Assembly: GCF_006345805.1 (NCBI RefSeq)
Contig: NC_043002.1
Coordinates: 6,634,001 to 6,698,000, forward strand
DNA: 64,000 bases
Source of the DNA: Octopus sinensis
Lineage: Eukaryota
Direction: 5' to 3'
The notes under the pieces are model-generated. The model was given only the letters and a program-made list of their open reading frames with translations. It was not told the origin of the DNA and did not search any database. A program made the translations under genes and the position numbers. Shown here piece by piece: positions 54,718 through 64,000 of the stretch (within the stretch, counting starts at the first letter, position 1; each line of letters begins with the position of its first letter).

Positions 54718-55369
54718 CACCAACCTCATCTCCTCTCTTCGTTTGATACCATCCCAGAAACACTAGCACTGACCACTTCGCGGCACCCACACTACACACA
54801 ATCTTCAATGGCGTTACCGCACATACAACTATATGAACGGTCACATGCACTGTTTAACTCAGTACACACACTACACACCATCATACACACTTCCACACCC
54901 ACACAAGCATATAATACCTGAACACAGGTTATATATATATATATACGCACACGCATCACGTATTAACACACGCAACATACATAAAGATAATTTTTGCCCA
55001 CATATATAGACCATACACATGCACTGTTTGGTCACAGACACTCACACGTTGCATACGCACACACACTCACACACGTCAGGGTCACTCGCCCATATTCATA
55101 CACACATACACACTCATACACATCATTCTCACGTACACACACGCGCACGCACACCTCTTGGGATCACTAGCACTATTATCTCCCTTTCATTAAACCTCTT
55201 CTTTTTCTAATCAGTCGCTATGCTGGACTGCTGAAATCTACAAGTTTTTTTCATTCTCTTGTTCATACACCTGTCTTCGTCTTTTGTTTTTCTATAAATT
55301 TCAACTAAATACATACACACACACACAACACACACACTCATACATATTATATATAATATATATATATAT

Positions 55370-55400
<31 letters not shown>

Positions 55401-55529
55401 AATAGTACGAAATAAGATTAAGATTAATGTAAAAAATAATAACACTGAAGCAAAGTAACACCAAATATATAGTGCGTGTGTTTTATTGGTTAAACTGGCA
55501 AAATGACCATTCCGAAATATAACAATATA

Positions 55530-56390
55530 TATAAATATATATATAATTGCAATACGGAGCAAATAAATCAGGAGGAAATATTTGCGAAGATATCATTAAC
55601 TCTATTATTATCCTGTGTAACAATTTAAAAAATGATAATAACAGAATCAATAATATAGGCGATTGGAGGGCCAAAAAACAAAAATTAAATAGCTGAAGGA
55701 TTAAAATGAATCAAATGACATACCTGCTGAAAATAGCAGTCAAAATTCTTATTTAAAATGTCGGAAAAAAACTGGTGATAACTACAGAAATCAACCATCT
55801 GGAAGCAAACGGGCTAGGAACAATCTCTCAATATACATTCAAGTATTTGGACTCAGATGGACCGGTTTCTGAACTGGCATTAGAACCTCACCAGCAGGTA
55901 GACATACTTAGTATGTCCTTTGATTACTTTTAATCCTTCAGCTATTTAATGCGTTTTGGGCCTGCAATCGCCTATGTTATTGATTCTGTTATAATCATTT
56001 TTAATTGTTACATTAGATAATAATAGTGTCAATAATTCTTCGCAAATATTTTCTCCTGAATTATTTGTTCCGTACTGAAATTATTTTCAAACTGGTGGCT
56101 GCCATGTTTCGGCGCAAAACGAATCAGTTGTAGCGCAGACGAGTCGTGGCTTTCCATCACCGTAACGCGCACTTAGGAAGGTGAGGCTATAATGCCAATC
56201 CAGAAACCGGTCCGCGAGAGTCCAACTGCTTGAATGTATGTCGAGAGATTGTCCTAGCCCGTTTTCCCGCAGACGGTTGATTTCTGTAGTTATAACTATT
56301 TTTTTTTTTCGGCGATTTAAATAAGAGTTTTCAGTTACTTCCAGCAGGTAGACATACTTAGTATGTCCTTTGACTAATTTTAATCCTTCT
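55530..56390. repeat. Nested inverted/direct repeat cluster
   Basis: A (55530-55730), B (55735-55890), A inverted (55893-56075), B inverted (56175-56340), partial A inverted (56341-56390). Confidence 0.7.
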
Positions 56391-56988
56391 GCGTGCATGT
56401 AAGTATATAACAAATCGCGAGTCCGGTTTTCAGAAACAGGGACTTTTCACCTGCGTTTGCTCCATGTAAATATGGTTTATTTAAGCTGTTTAGTTCTGAT
56501 ATTGATATTGTATACTAATTTTGCAACTGTGAATGTCATTCTATGGACCACTTTGTGTTGTTATGTATGACATACTAACACACAAGCACAAGTGCACACA
56601 TACACACACATATGTTAGGGGAGAACTGAGTGTGGCCTAGTGATTTGGTTATCGACTGATGATCGTGAGTTCGTGGGTTCAGTTTCGAGCAGTGTCTTGA
56701 GACTTAGAATAAATCATTTCATTTTGAGTTGCTCTAGTTTTCTCTGCAACAAATGAGTACCATTCGATTACTGGGCACATTCCTTTGTCTATTCCTCAAC
56801 CACATCTTCGAAGTTATTCCGAATCGAGTGTGAGACGTCGATAAGGATGTCTATCTCACTTTGTGTTACTATTAGCACCTAAATGAATTAGAGAAAACCT
56901 AGCTACAATGATGTTTGGTTGTACATTTTTATCATATATACGTGGGTGTGTATGTGTGTTAAAATAGCAGCAGTATTAGTTATACTTT

Positions 56989-57352
56989 GTGGAGGCGCAA
57001 TGGCCCAGTGGTTAGGGCAGCGGACTCGTGGTCGGAGGATCGCGGTTTCGATTCCCAGAGCGAAAACCCCCAAAGCTTCACGAGGCTCCGGCAGGGGATG
57101 GTGGTGATCCCTGCTGTACTCTTTCACCACAACTTTCTCTCACTCTTACTTCCTGTTTCTGTTGTACCTGTATTTCAAAGGGCCGGCCTTGTCACTCTCT
57201 GTGTCACGCTGAATATCCCCGAGAACTACGTTAAGGGTACACGTGTCTGTGGAGTGCTCAGCTAATTACACGTTAATTTCACGAGCAGGCTGTTCCGTTG
57301 ATTCGGATCAACCGGAACCCTCATCGTCGTAACCGACGGAGTGCTTCCATCC
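56989..57352 (+). mobile_element. SINE family C tail variant 2
   Basis: A box TGGCCCAGTGG, B box GGTTTCGATTCC; tail shared with 54005-54262. Confidence 0.85.
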
Positions 57353-57911
57353 AGTTATACTTTATCATTGTTATTGGTTGTCTATCGAGTTCGCGTAAGA
57401 CGATTCTGCAGGTGTATGGTGTGTCACATATCGAAATGATTTGCAGAGCAACGAGAAATAAAGTGTTTTGCTCAATAAAACAATACACTGCAGCCCGTCC
57501 AGGAATCGAGACCACGATCTCACGTTCATAAGTGCAATACCCTAACGACTAGGCCATGCACCCTCACTTTATCTTTATGGAAACTATTTCACACTGAGTA
57601 CTCTTTACAATCCATAACTAAGTGTATATATTTTTCAGGTTCATTACATCGTACCAGTGTTGTAACAGTAAAAGTGCAATCTATAAATTCAGAACAGCTG
57701 TGAATTCCATAATTTATGAATGCTTTATTAAAATTTGAAACGTTCAAATTGTGCATGCGATAACAAAGCGTACCTGAACTCTATGAAACTTCGAACGTTT
57801 CTGTGTTCGTTTTGTATAAATATTGGCAATGTATTTGTCCCTATTGTACAAATATCTGAAATCTTTGCCAACAAGCATACGTTTGAGCATTATATATTGT
57901 ATGTATGCGAA

Positions 57912-58140
57912 GGCGGCGAGCTGGCAGAAACGTTAGCGCGCCAGGCGAAATGCTTAGCGGTATTTCGTCTGCCGCTACGTTCTGAGTTCAAATTCCGCCG
58001 AGGTCGACTTTGCCCTTCATCCTCTCGGGGTCGATAAATAAAGTACCGGTTTCGCACTGGAGTCGATGTAATCGACTTAATCCCTTTGTCTGTCCTTGTT
58101 TCTCCCCTCTATGTTTTGCCCCTTGTGGGTGGTAAAGAAA
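57912..58140 (+). mobile_element. SINE family A with 17-bp TSD
   Basis: TATATATTGT(A/G)TGTATG at 57891-57907 and 58143-58159. Confidence 0.92.
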
Positions 58141-58766
58141 TATATATATTGTGTGTATGTGCATCATAATGTGAATAGCGTGTTACGCATGTTAACTTTA
58201 TTCAAATGTAATACATGGTTTTATGTCATTAAATTTTAAATTAGATGTCTCTTCTAAAAGTATATAGATCGCACATGAGCTACAGGTTTGTGGAATACAA
58301 ATTACATAGCTTTATAATTAAGAAGTTAGCTGGGTACATGGTAGGTGCCACTTCATGGTACTTCAGGTAAGTAATTGGCACTGGTTTGAATGGGTGGATT
58401 GAAACTGTGTGGAAACCTGTTGTATGTATATAAATATATATGTGTGTTTGTGTGCGTGTATGTGTTTCTAATTTCTTTCGATTTGTACTCACTGGAATGC
58501 AGTCATACCCGGAACACTAGTTCAAGAATTTTTGTCGATCATCCGGAACCTTTTCTTATTTACTTCATTTATGTCTAACAGAATCAACATAATAAACACA
58601 GAAAGAGATATGGATACAAGCACACACACCTATGTGTATATGTGTGTGTGTATAAAAGTAAAGTCGGTCGCCACATCAAAGTAGCTGATCCATGTTACTA
58701 CCCCAGGCAGATTCTCCGTCAGCTGGTTATTGGTGCGACTCTGCACCCTTTATATACGATATATAA

Positions 58767-58989
58767 GGCGGCGAGCTGGCAGAAACGTTAGCGCGCGGGC
58801 GAAATGTTTAGTGGCATTTCGTCTGCCGTTACAGTCTGAGTTCAAATTCTGTCGAGGTCGATTTTGCCCTTCATCCTTTCGGGGTCGATAAATAAAGTAC
58901 TAGTTTCGCACTGGGTCGATGGAATCGACTTAATCCCTTTGTCCTTGTTTGTCCCCTCTATGTTTAGCCCCTTGTGGGTAGTAAAGAAA
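58767..58989 (+). mobile_element. SINE family A
   Basis: Full-length match. Confidence 0.9.
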
Positions 58990-59051
58990 TATATATATTG
59001 TTAGCTGAGGGAACGAACCCCTACCACCCTCTAGCAGGTAACAGGATCGCG

Positions 59052-59094
59052 AGACTGACTCAGTTTCGAGCTATTTGGCCTCTCTTCAGACGTG
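59052..59094 (-). ncRNA. Hammerhead-like motif with intact core, weak stem I, in PLE pLTR-like relic (about 59000-59330)
   Basis: CTGAAGA GAG-gccaaatag-CTC GAAAC TGA GTC. Confidence 0.5.
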
Positions 59095-59726
59095 AGCAGC
59101 TGTCCGCCAGAGCGATAACCAGAGTGACCATACAGTTACATGGGTACTGGACATCACCAACTGTGTAAACAACATGAAGTACGAAAACAAACGAGTTCAA
59201 TACACAAACAGGGAGAGAAACATGGAAAACAGGACAAGTAACACAAATAACGACCCTTCATCACTTGTTGACTGTCTATCTACTCCTCATTTCGACATTC
59301 AAACTACGGTTGCTCCCATAAATTCCAAAATAAAATTATGGATTTATGGAGGGTCAAAGTTGGGAACAAAAACAGGACAGTGGAGACATACAAGGAAACC
59401 AATCGAAAACAAACATGGATGGTCGTTAGACCAGAACGCTATATTCATAAAAGCGAAATTCTGTCCATCAGGGACCCCTGTATCTCAGTCTAAATTTGCT
59501 CCCCAAACACATATTATACCTGGTATTTTTTTTTTTTTTGCAATCAGAACTGTCTCAGGATTGAAAATTTGCCATTCATTTGGGTCTTGAACATCCAGCA
59601 TTGGGATCTGATTTTGGAACATTTGGGTGCTATTTTTAGCAAGTAAAGTGACCGTGAGATATACAAGATTCGCCGCTCTTAGATTTAAGTTTTACTAAGG
59701 AATTTAGATGTTATTTTAACTTTTAT

Positions 59727-59915
59727 TATAGTCATCAGACTGCGGCCACGCTGAGGCACCGCCTTGAAGAATTTTGATAGAACAAATCGGCAGCAGTTCT
59801 TTCTTTTTTATGCCTGTTACATTTTTATTGGTCTCTTTTACCGAACCGCTAATGTAACGTGAACGCAAACACAGCAACATCAGTTATCAAGCGGTGATAG
59901 GGGAGAAACACAGAC
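59727..59915 (-). mobile_element. SINE family B 3' half, diverged
   Basis: Similarity to family B. Confidence 0.65.
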
Positions 59916-60611
59916 AAAACTCACAATATATATATACATACATATACACTCACAGCCACACAAACACGCACATACATGCACACACACACACGCGCACACA
60001 CAGACGTGTATCTTCTATTAAAATTTCAAAAGAATTCCAAAACTTTGTGAGGTTACAAGTTTTTCATTTAAACTGAATTTTGAATAATACGATATTGATA
60101 TGATACGAATAAATGTTTTACTATCGCTGCCCTAGGTTTTGGGCCACAGGCCCAATTATCCCCTCTGCAGGAGGTGGCTATACTGGGATATAAATAGACT
60201 AACAGTTGTATATTCCATACAATTATTCGACTGTAAACCTACTTTTGTACCCACCCTGTAAGTGTGTGTGTGTCTGTGTGTGTGTACACTATATAAGAGT
60301 GTGTATATACGTGTATGTCTGTGTGTGTATCTGCTGAGTAATTTTAATTCTTTGCATGTGAGGATTTATGTATTTATTTTTATATTAACTATTTTCGTAA
60401 AATCCGAACTCTTCCTTCTAAATTAAGAAGTCTTACATAATTAACTACACAAGGTCTTTATTCTCGATCACTATTCATATATCTTTTAGATATTAAATTT
60501 TGTTGATATCTTTCAAACCCTAGTCCATCTTTGATACACCCGACATCGAAGATAATATGTTTATGTTTGACCATACTGCCTAATCAGACATCATATATCA
60601 AACTGTATTAG

Positions 60612-60840
60612 GGCGACGAGCTGGCAGAAACGTTAGCACACCGGGCGAAATGCTTAGCAGTATTTCGTCAGTCGTTACGTTCTGAGTTCAAATTCCGCCG
60701 AGGTCGACTTTGCCTTTCATCCTTTCGGGGTCGATAAATTAAGTACCAATTTCGCACTGGGGTCGATGTAATCGACTTAATCCCTTTGTCTGTCTTTGTT
60801 TGTCCCCTCTATGTTTAGCCCCTTGTGGGTAGTAAAGAAA
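60612..60840 (+). mobile_element. SINE family A with 15-bp TSD
   Basis: ATATATCAAACTGTA at 60593-60607 and 60842-60856. Confidence 0.92.
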
Positions 60841-61481
60841 TATATATCAAACTGTACCTCATCCAAAGTGTCCTTTTCTTGAGACTGGTACAGTTGTAAT
60901 ATCCGGAAGAATTTTCTATTATTGTTGACAGAGCGATCGCTTGTGTGGAAGCGTTTTCATTCCTAATAAGGGCACTACACCAATGCCACTTACGATTTCA
61001 CCTGGAAGAACCAGGTGAAACATACTCAGCCATTACTGTATCTGTTCATACTTCGCTATTTTATTCTTTTACCTGTTTTAGTCACTGGAACGCAGTTGTC
61101 TTGGGGCATAGCTTGGAAAAGTTTAGTCGATTAAATTGATTCCAGTACTTCTTTAAAAGATTAAAATTTCCTCTGGAGAAATATAAATTTACGGGGCCGC
61201 TACCAAACCAATACTACAATACCAGTTGTGAAACACCGAGAAAACGATAAAAATACAAAATGCGTACGTATTCACTCAAACCTACACACAAATAGATTCA
61301 TATACCTGAAGTGTGTGAATTGGCAGATTTGTTACAACGTCATAAAAAAAAATGTACTATGCGGTATTTCTTCTGTTTCATTGCGTTGTGAGTTCAAATA
61401 CCGCCAAAGTTAAATTTGCCGCCCACTCTTTCAATGTCGATGAAGTTCAACACCAGTCAAGTACTGTATTTGTTTAAAAAA

Positions 61482-61897
61482 GGCGGCGAGCTGGCAGAAA
61501 CGTTAGCACGCCGGGCGAATTGCGTAGCCGTATTTCGTCTGCCGCTACGTTCTGAGTTCAAACTCAGCTGGGGTCGACTTTGCCTTTTATCCTTTCGAGG
61601 TCGATTAAATTAAGTACCATTTACGCACTGGGGTCGATATAATCGACTTAATCCGTTTGTCTGTCCTTGTTTGTCCCCTCTGTGTTTAGCCCTTTGTGGG
61701 TAGTAAAGAAATAGGTATTTCGTCTGCCGCTACGGTCTGAGTTCAAATTCCGCCGAGGTCGACTTTGCCTTTCATCCTTTCAGGGTCGATTAAATAAGTA
61801 CCAGTTACGCCCTGGAGTCGATATAATCGACTTAATCTGTTTGTCTGTCCTTGTTTGTCTCCTCTGTGTTTAGCCCCTTGTGGGTAGTAAAGAAATA
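61482..61897 (+). mobile_element. Head-to-tail SINE family A dimer (second unit lacks the A box)
   Basis: First tail AAAGAAATA continues into GGTATTTCGTCTGCCG at 61714. Confidence 0.9.
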
Positions 61898-61970
61898 GGT
61901 GTTTTCGCTTGCTGTGTGTGTTTGTGCGTGCATACTCATGCATACATCCACATACTCAAATATATACAGT

Positions 61971-62118
61971 TTCCCTCTACCATATTCATTCACAAGACAT
62001 TGGTCTGGTTTGATTCTGGCTACACAACATGTGCACATAGTTCCACACACCGGGACTGAAACCGAAACCACTTGATTGCAAAGTGAACTTCTTAACCACA
62101 CAGCCATGCTTGCGCCTA
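61971..62118 (-). mobile_element. SINE family B 5' half, diverged
   Basis: AGGCGCAAGCATGGCTGTGTGGTTAAG head on minus. Confidence 0.7.
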
Positions 62119-62488
62119 TACTGTTACAATAATGTTCGTTTTTGGTTTACACTTTAATAGCCATTGTTTATAGTTAATCACATTTAGTAACCGGGTACGC
62201 TACACTTGTTGCATTTGTATTATTGTTCATCTTGTTGTTGTTCCTGTTCACTAAAACCATTACTGCCACCATAGCTCCACTCACCTCTCATTCTCCATAA
62301 TCATCATCAGCAGCATCATTACACCCTGATGCTCTATTAGCGGGCGAACCATTAACTTCAACGCCATGTCTAAATTTAAAAATGAAAACATCACCGGACA
62401 ATAATGTGCGTATGGTGTGACGACATTAAAATTATGAAAATATTAAATAATAATAATAATAAATAATATAATAATAATAATAATAATA

Positions 62489-62544
<56 letters not shown>

Positions 62545-63146
62545 GTGGGAGGAAGGGGTGGACACAGAAAAAAAAAGCAGTAAAATTCATTGTATAGTAT
62601 TAAAAGGAACGCAATGAATAAATGAAATACTGAAATTATTTTAAACATTTTAATAAAGTATGGCGTGCTATCTATTGAATAAAAAATTAAAGAGTTTAAT
62701 ATCTAAAAAAGAATATGGTTTCTGCCTTTGTCCGTTTGGTGCACTTGCGTTGTATGTCTTTTTCTATTTCTAAGAGTGTATGTGATATTTTGATATTTTT
62801 AATAACAATATTTATATTTTTGCCTGGCGTCACATTGATAAAGTGTTAGGTTTTCAACCAAAGGGTCAATGTTTCGTATTCTCTCGCAGACATTCAAATG
62901 CCTAATTCACCTTAGCTTCTATTGTAAACATTTACAATAAAATAGGAGAGGCACGTCACTATAGGCAACGCCAGTAATAAGTATCTTGGTAATATTTCGT
63001 GAGTTTCTAGGGCAGTGTTTAGTAACGGATATTCATAGAGTCTGGGAAGTTTATTTTCGAAAAGCATAAACTACTTCTCCGAATGAACATGTTCCCTTTC
63101 ATGGACATAAACCTATTCTTATACTTGTGTGTCTATGTGTAATATG

Positions 63147-63258
<112 letters not shown>

Positions 63259-63303
63259 CATAAATATATATATATATAATATACATATATAAATATATAT
63301 ATA

Positions 63304-63334
<31 letters not shown>

Positions 63335-63780
63335 ACATACATATATATATATACATATATATATAGAGAGAGAGGGGGGTAAATGTAAAGATAAGCAAGT
63401 CAGGTAAGTCGACATACAAAAGGTATTAAATATATTTAATACAAAAGAATGTATATATTTTTACATATAAAAAGCTCCGACTTACACAGAATAGAAATAC
63501 TATCAGGCATGAAAGGGGTTGGATGAGAGATTTACGAATCCAACAGCTGCTTCTGGGGGCTTGGTGATCCAAAATAATGATTGTAAATTGATTCCATCAT
63601 CGGATAATAACAGCCTCCGTGATCAGGAAAAAATTTTACATTTGAGGTGCTGACAGAAAGGAGATTAAAGATGGAATCCACTTGACTTTTATTTACTCCG
63701 CTACCTACGCAAGTTTAAATCTCTTGAGCATTACGAAGTGCTGTTTATAAGAATATCTGTCTCTCATCTATATATATATA

Positions 63781-63900
63781 TTAGAAGGTTTGGAGATGAT
63801 GTAGAGGTATTTTATATTAGAAGAAATGAGGTACTCAAAAATTCGGATGGTTTTATATTTACAGATCTTTATTTGTGTATTACATGTTTTTATACATCAT
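63781..63900 (+). repeat. Copy of the dispersed repeat seen folded at 30331-30485
   Basis: TTTGGAGATGATGTA...ATTAGAAGAAATGAGG...CGGATGGTTT.TATTTACAGAT. Confidence 0.75.
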
Positions 63901-63974
63901 ATAACTTATATCATGTATCATATATTAGCGCTTTCGTCAATTCTAGTGGAGTTTTCAATATATATATATACACA

Positions 63975-64000
63975 GATAGATATGTTTCTTATTAGCCACA
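63975..64000 (-). mobile_element. 3' terminus of a second Tx1-family copy (or related tail) cut by the window edge
   Basis: GATAGATATGTTTCTTATTAGCCACA vs GATAGATATGTTTCTTTATTAGCCACA near 42880-42905. Confidence 0.65.

Overview
AT-rich, microsatellite-saturated animal genomic DNA. The repeat families look like those of an octopus (recognition from memory, not a database result). About half of the window is simple repeats ((TA)n, (CA)n, (GATA)n, (AAT)n, (ACT)n), and almost all long ORFs in the track are translations of these. The rest is mostly retroelements: about 13 copies or fragments of one tRNA-derived SINE (family A), about 10 of a bipartite SINE with an internal microsatellite (family B), a SINE group with one head and three tails (family C), LINE relics (CR1 x2, a decayed CR1/L2-group RT, RTE, Tx1/L1), Penelope-like (PLE) relics, Helitron ends, a Tc1 relic and MITEs. 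No host protein could be named; a set of small minus-strand exon candidates may belong to an unidentified gene. Most notable: (1) a composite element at 37.66-38.22 kb (partial second copy at 38.79 kb) in which a tRNA-type Pol III promoter lies between inverted PLE-type arms carrying minimal hammerhead-ribozyme motifs, suggesting a PLE-mobilised, ribozyme-terminated SINE; (2) seven hammerhead-like motifs in 64 kb; (3) two apparent SINE-LINE partnerships visible inside the window (A with a GATA-flanked Tx1 element, B with CR1); (4) an apparently exact 735-bp tandem duplication containing a frame-symmetric exon candidate.
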